Positions 29,980 to 39,230 of a stretch of 64,000 nt of DNA are shown here, in pieces. Below the pieces are notes generated by a model. It saw only the letters and a list, made by a program, of their open reading frames with translations. It was not told the DNA's origin and ran no database searches. The DNA comes from SAR202 cluster bacterium. Lineage in GTDB: Bacteria > Chloroflexota > Dehalococcoidia > Lucifugimonadales > UBA6952. The position numbers and the translations under genes are program-made. Where the stretch lies: contig VFGE01000020.1 of assembly GCA_009392515.1 (NCBI GenBank), forward strand, positions 3,239-67,238, in the 5' to 3' direction. The number at the start of each line of letters is the position of its first letter. The stretch's first letter is position 1.

Positions 29980-31314
29980 TCAATTTGAATTAGAAAGTGC
30001 AATTATTTTAGAAATATTATCAACATTTTCTAAATTATTTAAACTTTCCCACAATTCCTCTGCATTTTGCTCACCCATTATTCTAGTAGCACAATAACAG
30101 AATTTTTCTTTTCGTTGTTCTTTAGACATAGGATTTTCAGTTGAACCTTGGAAGTCCAAACAACTATCAGATAGTTCAGTCCCATCTTCTAATGTTGCTG
30201 TAACCACGGCAGTAGTTCGTGTTGATTTACCATTGTTAGTATATGTAACATTAGATAAAAGATTTTCTACATCTTTGGAAAACCTTCTTTTATCACTAAA
30301 ACTTTCAATATTAATTATACCATCTAATATTGCTACTGTTGCACAATACCATGCACTAAATTTTCCATCTAATCCTGAACGCGGGATTGGACCTGAATGG
30401 CCTGGGTTACTTGTTTCAATATGAATTTTCACAACTTTAGATGGGTCAAAATCATTATTTTTTCTAAGGTTTAATGCTGCTTCAATTGGACGTTGCATAT
30501 TTATTTGAGCAGGAAATCTTTTTATGTCAAATCCTGGATCGATTAATGAAAATCTACTACCTAAATCATTTAAAAAAATATCCCAATTAACTTTTCCGTT
30601 AAATATGGCATCATTATAGCCATTTTCTGTTTCAAAAATATTTTTTGTACTAGTAAATCCAGATTCAACAAGTAATGCAGACTCTACTCCCATTCGAGCT
30701 GCATTTGCAGGATGTGTGGATTTAACCATAGTTCCCGTATTTGCAGTAAGGCCACCAGTTCTAGAAGCTGCAATCCCTAAACATAATTCTGTTTGATCAC
30801 TATTAAAACTAAGCGCCTTAGCTGATGCAACTCCTGCTCCTAATGGTCCAAACAATCCTGGAGGATGATATGCACCATTAGTAACTCCTTCAGTCGCTAA
30901 TCTCATTCTGGCTTGTATTTCCCATCCAAGAATGTATGAAAGTATTAATTGTTTACCATTAATACTACGATTTTCACCTAATGCCAAAGCAGATGGAAGA
31001 CATGAAGAAGTTCCATGAGTTGCAGGATGACCTTGAATTTCATAATCAAGACAATGTCCCGATACACCATTTATAAATGCTGCTAATAAAGTACTTGTTT
31101 TATAATTATGACCTATAACTGTAGATTGATTATTACCACCCAAAGTTGTGACATACTGTGATACTAAACCTGAAACTTCTTGGGTTGATCCAGCCATCAT
31201 ATTAGCAAAACCATCTATGATAGGAATTTTAGCTATATCAACAAGATCTGAAGATAGGTCAGAAAATTGGATTTCTGAAACAAATTCTGAAAAAATAGTT
31301 GTAGGATTACTCAT
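29980..31314 (-). CDS. MmgE/PrpD family protein (2-methylcitrate dehydratase-like)
   Basis: 444 aa with the family pattern throughout (DGFANMMAGS..., HCLDYE, GIAASRTGG). AGGAG RBS. Confidence 0.8.
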   Translation of the reverse strand: MSNPTTIFSEFVSEIQFSDLSSDLVDIAKIPIIDGFANMMAGSTQEVSGLVSQYVTTLGGNNQSTVIGHNYKTSTLLAAFINGVSGHCLDYEIQGHPATHGTSSCLPSALALGENRSINGKQLILSYILGWEIQARMRLATEGVTNGAYHPPGLFGPLGAGVASAKALSFNSDQTELCLGIAASRTGGLTANTGTMVKSTHPANAARMGVESALLVESGFTSTKNIFETENGYNDAIFNGKVNWDIFLNDLGSRFSLIDPGFDIKRFPAQINMQRPIEAALNLRKNNDFDPSKVVKIHIETSNPGHSGPIPRSGLDGKFSAWYCATVAILDGIINIESFSDKRRFSKDVENLLSNVTYTNNGKSTRTTAVVTATLEDGTELSDSCLDFQGSTENPMSKEQRKEKFCYCATRIMGEQNAEELWESLNNLENVDNISKIIALSNSN

Positions 31315-31325
31315 AACTTACTCCT

Positions 31326-31361
31326 AAAAACATATAGGCCTAAGGAATTCTTAGGCCTATA
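31326..31361 (-). terminator. Intrinsic terminator/attenuator hairpin between the ACAD and the MmgE/PrpD gene
   Basis: Perfect 12-bp stem TATAGGCCTAAG/CTTAGGCCTATA with a 5-nt loop (31333-31361). On the minus strand it is followed by TGTTTTT and then the AGGAG RBS of the next gene. Confidence 0.6.
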
Positions 31362-31387
31362 TAAAAACTTTTCTTAATTTAGTTCAA

Positions 31388-32548
31388 TTAAGCAGGAAGT
31401 GTTTGTATCATACCTAATTCAACCTTTTCTGGTGTATCAAGTATTCCTTGTGCTACCCTTGCTCGATGTTCAAATGTTGATCCCATTCTCATTGACCAAG
31501 AAGCAACACGTCGATACCACAAATGTATATCAAATTCCATCATAAAGCCCATACCACCATGAATCATTTGTGAATAAACTGTCACATGTTGTAATTTATC
31601 ATTACAGAATGCTTTAGCTTGTGAAACTTCAACCTGATAAGGCTGTCCTTGGTCCATCTTCCATATAGCCTCTCGTGTGAGTAATTCTCCACCATCGATA
31701 TACATAACTGCATCAGCCAACATATGAGCAACAGATTGAAATGCGCCAATTGGTCGGCCAAAAGCTACACGATTTTTTGAGTACTCAAGTCCCATTTCAA
31801 AATCTTTCCTTGCAGCACCACACATTTGGCTAGCATAAAAAACAGCTCCCAAATCTAACATATATTCTGCAGTAGTCCATCCTTTATCTATTTCCCCAAT
31901 AACACTATCTGAGGAAACTTTTACATTATCAAAGATTACCGCAAACTGTTTATCTTTTGCTGTTGGGACCTCTTTTTCTGTAGTAATTCCTGCAGAGCCA
32001 GTGTCAACTAAAAATAGGGTTAATCCTTTGCCAGTATTGGCAGTAACAATTAACTTATCAGCTTGATTAAAATTATCGACAAACAATTTCTTGCCATTAA
32101 TAACATAATCACTACCATCAGCAGTTGCAGTTGTTTTAACTGCTTCTTCTATTAGTCGAGGATCAGTTTCCTGGAAGGAATAAGTTAATATTAGGTCACC
32201 AGATGCAACTTGAGGAAGTATGTCACTTTTCATCGCCTCTGAACCATCTCTAGCAATAGTTAAAGCTGAAACCATAGTGCTTAGTAAAGGAACTGGAGCC
32301 ATATGACGACCAACTTCTTCAAAAATCAAACCTAAAAACTGTAGTGGCTCACCTAGTCCACCGTATTGTTCAGGCAAAGACAAAGCTGTCCACCCCAATT
32401 CTGCGGCTACTTTTTTCCACATATCTTGAGAATAGCCCAATTCATCTTTTTCCATATCTCTGACTAGACTTGTAGGACATTCGCCCTCCAAGAATTCTCT
32501 AGCAAGATTACGTATCATTTCTTCATTTTCAGATAACAAGACATCCAT
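31388..32548 (-). CDS. Acyl-CoA dehydrogenase family protein
   Basis: 386 aa with ACAD N, middle and C domain order (GWTALSLPEQYGG, ...GFMMEF...). Confidence 0.85.
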   Translation of the reverse strand: MDVLLSENEEMIRNLAREFLEGECPTSLVRDMEKDELGYSQDMWKKVAAELGWTALSLPEQYGGLGEPLQFLGLIFEEVGRHMAPVPLLSTMVSALTIARDGSEAMKSDILPQVASGDLILTYSFQETDPRLIEEAVKTTATADGSDYVINGKKLFVDNFNQADKLIVTANTGKGLTLFLVDTGSAGITTEKEVPTAKDKQFAVIFDNVKVSSDSVIGEIDKGWTTAEYMLDLGAVFYASQMCGAARKDFEMGLEYSKNRVAFGRPIGAFQSVAHMLADAVMYIDGGELLTREAIWKMDQGQPYQVEVSQAKAFCNDKLQHVTVYSQMIHGGMGFMMEFDIHLWYRRVASWSMRMGSTFEHRARVAQGILDTPEKVELGMIQTLPA

Positions 32549-32603
32549 TAGATCACCTTCTTGATGTATTTTTTATTTGTAATATTTGTTGCTTATAGAT
32601 TCA

Positions 32604-33806
32604 TTATCCTCTAGGTAGACCTAATCCACGTCTTGCAACTTGATCTCTCATTATTTGGACACTTCCATGGTTAATTCCAGATTGGAATGCTCCAAGTAGG
32701 TTATGAGCAAACAAACCACTTTCAACATTATTTGCTGAAGTATTTAAAAGTTGGCCATATGGTCCAAGCATTTGTGCATAAGCCTCTGTAGCTCGTAATC
32801 CATGTTCTGGAGCCCATACTTTTTCAGCTGAACCTTCATATGTGAAGTTTCCTCCAGATTCCACAATAGACATACTTCTCCAAGTCATCAATCGACATAC
32901 TTGGGCCTCTATCCACATCTCTGCAACTTTATCACGCACAGTTGGGTTATTTCGAATATTGAGATATTGGCTTGAATCACTTTTAGCCAGATTTACAATA
33001 TCTTCATCTCTTCTTACAGAAATCAGATACCTAGATGCTCCGACTCTATCTAAATTCAAACCCATTGCACCAACATACCAACCCATGTTGAGTTCACCTA
33101 GCAAACTACTCTTTGGGATTCGAACATTTTCATAAAAAGTTTCGTTAGTTCTAGGAGTTCCATAAGTGGTTCCTTCTGGAGCAGGAGGATCGTTTTGTAT
33201 TGTCCATAAAGGTCGAACAGTAATACCAGGGGTATCCATTGGAAGCAAGAAAATTGATATTCCTCTATGCTTAGGAGCTTCTGGGTCGGTTCTTGCCATT
33301 AAATATAAATGAGTTGATACATGAGCTGAGGATGTATATATCTTTTGCCCATTAATTACAAATTCATCGCCGTCTTCAACTGCGCGGCACTGCAAAGATG
33401 CAAGGTCTGCACCTCCACTTGGCTCTGTAAAACCTTGAGCAAAACTAATTTCACCCTTGATAATTCGAGGAATATAATAGTCTTTTTGTTCTTGCGTGCC
33501 TGCTGCCATAATAGCTGGAGCTCCACTTCCTCCACCACCAACAGATAATCCAACTCTTGCAAATTCTTCTTCAACGAGATACTGAGTTAGGCGATCTCCA
33601 CCTTGACCACCATATTCTTTTGGCCAAGATATACCTAACCAACCTCGCTCACCTATTTTCTTAAATAATTCATTCATCAAAGGGCCTCTACCGTCTTCAC
33701 CACGGCCATGAACCTCTTCGATTACGTCTTGAGTCATGTTTTCTGCGATGAAATCTCGAACCTCTTGACGCAAAGCTTGTTGGGAACTAGCATACCCAAA
33801 ATCCAT
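32604..33806 (-). CDS. Acyl-CoA dehydrogenase family protein
   Basis: 400 aa. GWLGISWPKEYGG, FTEPSGGADLASL and INGQKIYTS are ACAD motifs. GGAGG RBS. Confidence 0.85.
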   Translation of the reverse strand: MDFGYASSQQALRQEVRDFIAENMTQDVIEEVHGRGEDGRGPLMNELFKKIGERGWLGISWPKEYGGQGGDRLTQYLVEEEFARVGLSVGGGGSGAPAIMAAGTQEQKDYYIPRIIKGEISFAQGFTEPSGGADLASLQCRAVEDGDEFVINGQKIYTSSAHVSTHLYLMARTDPEAPKHRGISIFLLPMDTPGITVRPLWTIQNDPPAPEGTTYGTPRTNETFYENVRIPKSSLLGELNMGWYVGAMGLNLDRVGASRYLISVRRDEDIVNLAKSDSSQYLNIRNNPTVRDKVAEMWIEAQVCRLMTWRSMSIVESGGNFTYEGSAEKVWAPEHGLRATEAYAQMLGPYGQLLNTSANNVESGLFAHNLLGAFQSGINHGSVQIMRDQVARRGLGLPRG

Positions 33807-33962
33807 ATCGAACCTCCAAAAGTATTAAAGTACAATAAAATAAATTTTCTTTAGAACTTTGTTGTCAGCATATTTTGCACCCCAGATTATAGTATGTCAA
33901 TAGAAAAGAGGTATTCACAATACGCTAGTGATATTGTACTACGAATTTAATTAATCTTAAAG

Positions 33963-34454
33963 CTATAAAATATGCCCTTTTTCTAAACTAATTAAATATT
34001 TCTTAGAATCTAAACCCCCGCCATAACCAACAAGTTTCCCTGACTTTCCAATTACTCTATGGCACGGAATAATTATGCTTATTGGGTTAAGGCTATTAGC
34101 ATGTCCTATAGCTCTAACCGCTTTGCTATTTTCTATATTTTCAGCTTGTTGAGCATAACTAATTGTTGTTCCGTATGGTATCTGTAATAATGAATTCCAA
34201 GCGTTCATTTGAAAGGGTGTACCTTCGTAAAATAAAGGTAAATCAAATTTTTTTCTTTCTCCAGAGAAATATTGGCTAAGTTGTAATTCAGTAAGATTAA
34301 TTAAACTATTATCTCGAGGTGATGCTATAGAAATTAATCGTTCAAAATAATTTCGTTTCGTTTCATAAATGACTGCCCTTAAATGGGTATCGTCAGTTAT
34401 CAGATATAGATAACCTAAAGGTGAGATAATCTTTTTGTAGAAGTATTCATTCAT
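33963..34454 (-). CDS. ogt: Methylated-DNA--protein-cysteine methyltransferase
   Basis: Active site IPCHRVIG, YGTTISY and GGGLDSKKYL. Confidence 0.9.
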   Translation of the reverse strand: MNEYFYKKIISPLGYLYLITDDTHLRAVIYETKRNYFERLISIASPRDNSLINLTELQLSQYFSGERKKFDLPLFYEGTPFQMNAWNSLLQIPYGTTISYAQQAENIENSKAVRAIGHANSLNPISIIIPCHRVIGKSGKLVGYGGGLDSKKYLISLEKGHIL

Positions 34455-34497
34455 TGATTGTTTCTAAATGCAGTTAAAACAATATAAGTTTAATATC

Positions 34498-35889
34498 TCA
34501 GGAAAGAAACTGATCAAATTCTTCAGGTATTACAATGTCTCCCCATTGTTTTTTTAATGCACTCCAAGCCCGAATTGTAGCATTTTGAGCCTGAGTTATT
34601 ACTTCATCTTCATCCATAGTTAAAACTTTACCGTCTTTCATAACCCATTCTCCATCCACAATGACTGACTCAACGTCAGATGCTTGGCCATAATGAACTA
34701 ATGAGGATAATGTATCAATAATTGGAGATAAGTGAGGCCTATCTAATCGGAGTATAGATATATCAGCCTTCATATTTTTACCAATATTACCCAAATCGTC
34801 ACGTTCTAACGAATAAGCTGGGTTTAAAGTTGCCCAATTGAAGATATCTTTGGGTGTAGGAACCCCTGTGTCTTCACGCATACCTCTATTTAAAATTAAA
34901 CCAACCCTCATTGCTTCAAACATATCTTCTGACATATTATCTGTACCAAGAGTTACATTTACACCCAAATCAACCAAACCAGGCATATTTGCTAACCCAT
35001 GATATCCTCGTCTAGAACTTGAAGCTGGGCAATGCGCCATTGAAGTAGCTGTTTCAGACAAAAGCCCAATATCAGAAGTTGTACAGTATGAACAATGCGC
35101 TGCTAAAACATCTCTTCCTAGCCAGTCGTTTTCAAGTAAGTATTCAACAGGAGTTTTACCTTCTGCCATAGACTTAACTTGGGTAACTTCTTGTGATGAT
35201 TGAGCTAAATGTATAGTGCGTCTTAAACCTTTTGAGTGAGCTATATCATTAAGTTCTCTCAATAACCATGGAGAACAAATATCAGTCGCATGAGCAGCAA
35301 CCATACATTGAACTCTATTATTTTTTGTTGCATGATGATTATCAATTAACTGAAGTGTTCTCTCTAAAAAGGCATCTCCCCATGACTTATCATATCTATA
35401 ACCTGAGGTTCGAATTTCTGTTGTAACTGCATCTGCTGCTGATTCTGCCAAATATAACCTAAGGCCGGTATTAGCCATAGTTTCGGCATAAGAATTAACA
35501 AATCTTAATGGATCAACAAGTGTGGTTGTTCCTGACTTTATAGCTTCCAAGCATCCAACTGCTGCTAAAGCTTTTCTATCTTCATCGGTCATAACAAAGG
35601 ATATTGGTACCATATAACCATAAACTCGGTCGGCCGAACCTGCATTTTCAATAGCTCCTCTTAATACATTTAATACCGTGTGTGTATGATTATTTATCAA
35701 TCCAGGTATAATTAATCGATTTTTCAGAACATATTTATCAAAATTCTGATAGTTGGCTTCTAATACCTCGGCGTCACCAACATCAATAATCTTATCCTTA
35801 TCTATTGCAACAGCACCATTTGTTATAACTTTATCATTTTGTTCACCGGTAAGTATTGTTGCATGTGTAAGTAATATACCCATTTCCAC
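34498..35889 (-). CDS. Amidohydrolase-superfamily deaminase/chlorohydrolase-like enzyme
   Basis: HxH metal motif (INNHTHT), a later HCS... motif and GTD. The 463-aa length fits the MtaD/TrzA/AtzA-like subgroup. Confidence 0.75.
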   Translation of the reverse strand: MEMGILLTHATILTGEQNDKVITNGAVAIDKDKIIDVGDAEVLEANYQNFDKYVLKNRLIIPGLINNHTHTVLNVLRGAIENAGSADRVYGYMVPISFVMTDEDRKALAAVGCLEAIKSGTTTLVDPLRFVNSYAETMANTGLRLYLAESAADAVTTEIRTSGYRYDKSWGDAFLERTLQLIDNHHATKNNRVQCMVAAHATDICSPWLLRELNDIAHSKGLRRTIHLAQSSQEVTQVKSMAEGKTPVEYLLENDWLGRDVLAAHCSYCTTSDIGLLSETATSMAHCPASSSRRGYHGLANMPGLVDLGVNVTLGTDNMSEDMFEAMRVGLILNRGMREDTGVPTPKDIFNWATLNPAYSLERDDLGNIGKNMKADISILRLDRPHLSPIIDTLSSLVHYGQASDVESVIVDGEWVMKDGKVLTMDEDEVITQAQNATIRAWSALKKQWGDIVIPEEFDQFLS

Positions 35890-35894
35890 ACCCT

Positions 35895-36590
35895 CTATGT
35901 TAAGTCTTTTAATTCTACTGCTGCATCAGGATCTATGGGTCTCATTAAAAAATAATCCAACCTTCTTCTATAGAGATCTAAAATCCTACGTAACTCTTTA
36001 ACAGCAGTACTATGTTCATCAACTCGTAAATCTACACGAGCAAAGGTATCACTTCCATAAACTAAAATTGCAGCAGAATGATAGGGTGTCATGTCTTCAA
36101 TTTCACCGCCTGCATCCAATCCAGATTCTAAACTCAACATTAATCTTTGTTCTAAATCCTCAGATGAATTATTTTCAAAGGTTTGCGACATAGCTTTAAT
36201 GACCTCTTCACCTACTAATCCATTTCCTAATGCAATAAAATTGTTTCCCTCTTGATGACCAGCCCATGGACCATTTAATTTACCCGTTCGAGCAGCAGTA
36301 CGACCATCAACATCAATGATACCAATTTGTCTACGCTCTATATATTGATCAGATTTAGATAATTCATCCATAGTTGCTTTTGCGGAATAGCCAGTAGATA
36401 AAAGATTTAAAGCAAATTTACCCAAACGAGGATCAGTAGATGCTTGGGTTGTTATCGCACCCACATGAGGTTGTACATGAGGGCATCTTGAACCAACTGA
36501 TAAATCTGATGTAGTTACAGCAACTCCAAACATACCTGTTCTGTTACATCTTCCCACAATTGAAAAAGTACTACTTTCTATACCTATCAT
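35895..36590 (-). CDS. DUF1028 family (Ntn-hydrolase-fold) protein
   Basis: N-terminal TFSIVGRCNRTGMFGVAVTTSDLSVGSRCPHV...GAITTQA is the DUF1028 signature. Confidence 0.75.
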   Translation of the reverse strand: MIGIESSTFSIVGRCNRTGMFGVAVTTSDLSVGSRCPHVQPHVGAITTQASTDPRLGKFALNLLSTGYSAKATMDELSKSDQYIERRQIGIIDVDGRTAARTGKLNGPWAGHQEGNNFIALGNGLVGEEVIKAMSQTFENNSSEDLEQRLMLSLESGLDAGGEIEDMTPYHSAAILVYGSDTFARVDLRVDEHSTAVKELRRILDLYRRRLDYFLMRPIDPDAAVELKDLT

Positions 36591-36624
36591 AAAACACCTA
36601 CTGTTCGAATTTAAGAAAATATAA

Positions 36625-36701
36625 TGGAGGCGACGGCGGGATTCGAACCCGCGAATAGAGGTTTTGCAGACCCCGGCCTTAGACCACTTGGCTACGTCGC
36701 C
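36625..36701 (-). tRNA. tRNA-Cys (anticodon GCA), CCA encoded
   Basis: Reverse complement: GGCGACGTAGCCAAGTGGTCTAAGGCCGGGGTCTGCAAAACCTCTATTCGCGGGTTCGAATCCCGCCGTCGCCTCCA. Anticodon loop is CTGCAAA. Confidence 0.93.
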
Positions 36702-36719
36702 TTAATATATTCTTTATAA

Positions 36720-36803
36720 TGCCGAGGAGGAGACTTGAACTCCTACGAGCTTTCGCTCACGGCCCCCTCAAGACCGCGTGTCTACCGATTCCACCACCTC
36801 GGC
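36720..36803 (-). tRNA. tRNA-Leu (anticodon GAG), long variable arm, CCA not encoded
   Basis: Reverse complement: GCCGAGGTGGTGGAATCGGTAGACACGCGGTCTTGAGGGGGCCGTGAGCGAAAGCTCGTAGGAGTTCAAGTCTCCTCCTCGGCA. Anticodon stem is CGGTC/GGCCG and the loop is TTGAGGG. Confidence 0.9.
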
Positions 36804-36820
36804 CCATGGATTTTAAACTC

Positions 36821-36896
36821 TGGCAGGGGTGCGAGGGCTCGAACCCCGGACCTACGGTTTTGGAGACCGCCGCTCTTCCAGCTGAGCTACACCCCT
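36821..36896 (-). tRNA. tRNA-Trp (anticodon CCA), CCA end encoded
   Basis: Reverse complement: AGGGGTGTAGCTCAGCTGGAAGAGCGGCGGTCTCCAAAACCGTAGGTCCGGGGTTCGAGCCCTCGCACCCCTGCCA. Anticodon loop is CTCCAAA. Confidence 0.93.
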
Positions 36897-36932
36897 AAGG
36901 TTAAAACATCGTTTATGCTCACCAGAAGCTAC

Positions 36933-36962
36933 AGTATACAGAAATTTAGCATCGAAAATCAA
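36933..36962 (-). promoter_or_regulatory. Putative promoter of the Trp-Leu-Cys tRNA cluster (TTGATT-18 nt-TATACT)
   Basis: On the minus strand, TTGATT is at 36962-36957 and TATACT at 36938-36933, about 37 nt upstream of tRNA-Trp. The -10 hexamer is the same as the tRNA-Ala candidate promoter. Confidence 0.35.
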
Positions 36963-37802
36963 TTACGTCAATTTTTCCTTTTGTCCAACTAATTCTTCTA
37001 ATGAATCAGAACTATTATTACGTTCAGATTCTGTATACCACTGAAAAAAAATTATCCCCATAAATAGAAAGAAAACAAAAGCCCCAGGAATCTTCATAAT
37101 AAGACCACCAATTTGTTGATCTTCAATTCGGCTTAAACCCCACAGAACAGGTAGATCACTATACCAATGATAAATTTCTCCTCGAGAAAATGTAATAGCT
37201 GCCCCAACAAATCCCATAGGCAAAGTTTGGAAAAATAAATATATTATTCTTATTGGATATCCTAATCTTTGCACTTGTGCAGAAGCACCTAATAATGGCC
37301 ACCATAATACTAATGCTCCAAACATAAAAACTAGATGTTCGACAATATGAAGCCAATGATTTGATAATGAAAGGTCATATACCCATGGAACATGGAATCC
37401 AAAAATTACAATATTTGATAAGAAAAAAGCAATTATCGGATTAGCAAAAATTCGAAAAATAACTCTTAGTATTTTTAATTGAAAAATCCAAGTCCACAGC
37501 CATGGAGGAACTCCTTTTATATATAACGGAATAGAAACTAATATCAGTAATAGATGTTGTGTCATATGAGCACTAAATAAAAATCTATCTGCTAGTTCAT
37601 GAATAAAAGAAGTTAAGGCTATATATACAATTATATTAGCTAATGTAAAATAAAATAGTCTTCTATTATCTATCTCTGATGCTAAACTATATTTCTCTCT
37701 AAGTGGAATAATCGCATAAATATATAATGCTTGAAGTAATAAAACTCCAATAATTATTTCAAAATGTAAGTGCCACTCAGTCCAAGAAAATTGATCAGTC
37801 AT
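36963..37802 (-). CDS. ctaG: Cytochrome c oxidase assembly factor CtaG (caa3-CtaG family membrane protein)
   Basis: 279-aa polytopic protein. HMTQHLLLILVSIPL and HLVFMFGALVLWWPL are typical of Bacillus-type CtaG. It is located at the end of the cox operon. Confidence 0.6.
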   Translation of the reverse strand: MTDQFSWTEWHLHFEIIIGVLLLQALYIYAIIPLREKYSLASEIDNRRLFYFTLANIIVYIALTSFIHELADRFLFSAHMTQHLLLILVSIPLYIKGVPPWLWTWIFQLKILRVIFRIFANPIIAFFLSNIVIFGFHVPWVYDLSLSNHWLHIVEHLVFMFGALVLWWPLLGASAQVQRLGYPIRIIYLFFQTLPMGFVGAAITFSRGEIYHWYSDLPVLWGLSRIEDQQIGGLIMKIPGAFVFFLFMGIIFFQWYTESERNNSSDSLEELVGQKEKLT

Positions 37803-37835
37803 ATAACTATTATAAGTTAGTAGATATTTTTTGTC

Positions 37836-38264
37836 TTATTCGTTATCAATGACTTGCAAGCGTCTGAAAGTAAGTATTGTTCCAAGAATCATACTTCCAC
37901 TTAGTAAAACTGCAGTAATTATGGCCATAAAATCAGCCATTTGATTCCAACCTGACTCTGTACCAGTAGCAGTGATTATTTGTATAAATAAATATATAGC
38001 TAAAATAATAATAAATAATGCAGTAGCAGCACCAATTATCTTTCTAAACAATATATTCTCAGAAGCTGCAACACCTGCAGCGCCAATAGCTATTAGAGTT
38101 AAAATTGTTGCGCCAATTACAGCATAGGGCTCTAAAATCCCAAATCGCTTATGCTCTAGGTGAGCGAGGTATGTAAATGCTTCTCCAATACCAAATATCA
38201 ATCCTAGTGTAAAAAATACAACTATGAATGGAACCCAAAAAGCAGATAACAATCTGTCCATCAA
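37836..38264 (-). CDS. Uncharacterised 4-TM membrane protein embedded in the cox operon
   Basis: 142-aa ORF with four hydrophobic spans, on the same strand between ctaF and ctaG with short gaps. Confidence 0.5.
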   Translation of the reverse strand: MMDRLLSAFWVPFIVVFFTLGLIFGIGEAFTYLAHLEHKRFGILEPYAVIGATILTLIAIGAAGVAASENILFRKIIGAATALFIIILAIYLFIQIITATGTESGWNQMADFMAIITAVLLSGSMILGTILTFRRLQVIDNE

Positions 38265-38291
38265 ACTAACCTTTCATTTATCAACATTTAA

Positions 38292-38585
38292 TTAAAAAAC
38301 ACCAAACAATAACATAAGGGCACACAATACATAAATTGCAAGTATCAAACCACTACCAAATAGAATAGTAAATAATTTGTTATCAAATTTAAGATGCATG
38401 TAATACCCAACAACAACAACAAATTTGCCTATGGAAAGAATTAACAGTATAGGTATTAATACAGCAGAAAGAGCCTCTACATACACAACAGCTACCTCTA
38501 TTGCTGTTACAACGCTTAATATTAGAGCAATAACAACATACTTCATGGAACTAGGATGTTCTGTATTGTGATGTTCAGTAGCCAT
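38292..38585 (-). CDS. ctaF: Cytochrome c oxidase subunit IV (prokaryotic COX4/CtaF type)
   Basis: 97 aa with 3 TM helices and the N-terminal HPSSMKYVVIALILSVVTAIEV pattern. It lies downstream of subunit III. Confidence 0.6.
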   Translation of the reverse strand: MATEHHNTEHPSSMKYVVIALILSVVTAIEVAVVYVEALSAVLIPILLILSIGKFVVVVGYYMHLKFDNKLFTILFGSGLILAIYVLCALMLLFGVF

Positions 38586-38604
38586 ATTTTCTCCCTATAC
38601 TAAA

Positions 38605-39210
38605 TTAATGAACAATGTTTGGAGCTTCGATTAGATAAACAACGGTAAATATTACAATCCATACAATATCAACAAAATGCCAATACAAACCGGCTAATTC
38701 AATATTCAAACTTTGATCCTGTGATAATCTACCTCTAAGTGACATGATATAAAAAGACATCAAGATTACTACTCCAAATGTAACGTGTAAACCATGAAAA
38801 CTTGTAAGTGTGAAAAAGCTTGATCCAAATAAATTACCTTGTAAAGTAACTCCTTGTTCAACAAAGACTGTGAATTCGAAGTACTGACCACCAAGAAATA
38901 TACATCCCAGAATAGATGTTGCAAGCAACCAAATTCTCAATCTGGCGTGGTCACCTCTTTGTATTGCACTTAGTGCCAAAACCATTGTTAAACTACTCAT
39001 CAAAAGTACAAAAGCACTCACTGAAGTATATGGAATATTAAATACTTCATAAGGATATGGACCTACAACACTTTTACCCCTGTATAGTAAATAGGTGGAA
39101 ACAAGTGAGGCAAAAAACAAACAATCTGAACCTATAAAAGCCCACATCATAACCTTACGATTATCTAATCCTGTTGTCGTAGTATGACCTGCTGTCTCAT
39201 GTGTAGTCAT
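38605..39210 (-). CDS. ctaE: Cytochrome c oxidase subunit III
   Basis: 201 aa. FHGLHVTFGV and YWHFVDIVWI motifs, and operon position. Confidence 0.88.
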   Translation of the reverse strand: MTTHETAGHTTTTGLDNRKVMMWAFIGSDCLFFASLVSTYLLYRGKSVVGPYPYEVFNIPYTSVSAFVLLMSSLTMVLALSAIQRGDHARLRIWLLATSILGCIFLGGQYFEFTVFVEQGVTLQGNLFGSSFFTLTSFHGLHVTFGVVILMSFYIMSLRGRLSQDQSLNIELAGLYWHFVDIVWIVIFTVVYLIEAPNIVH

Positions 39211-39230
39211 ATTTAAAATACTCCCATTCT

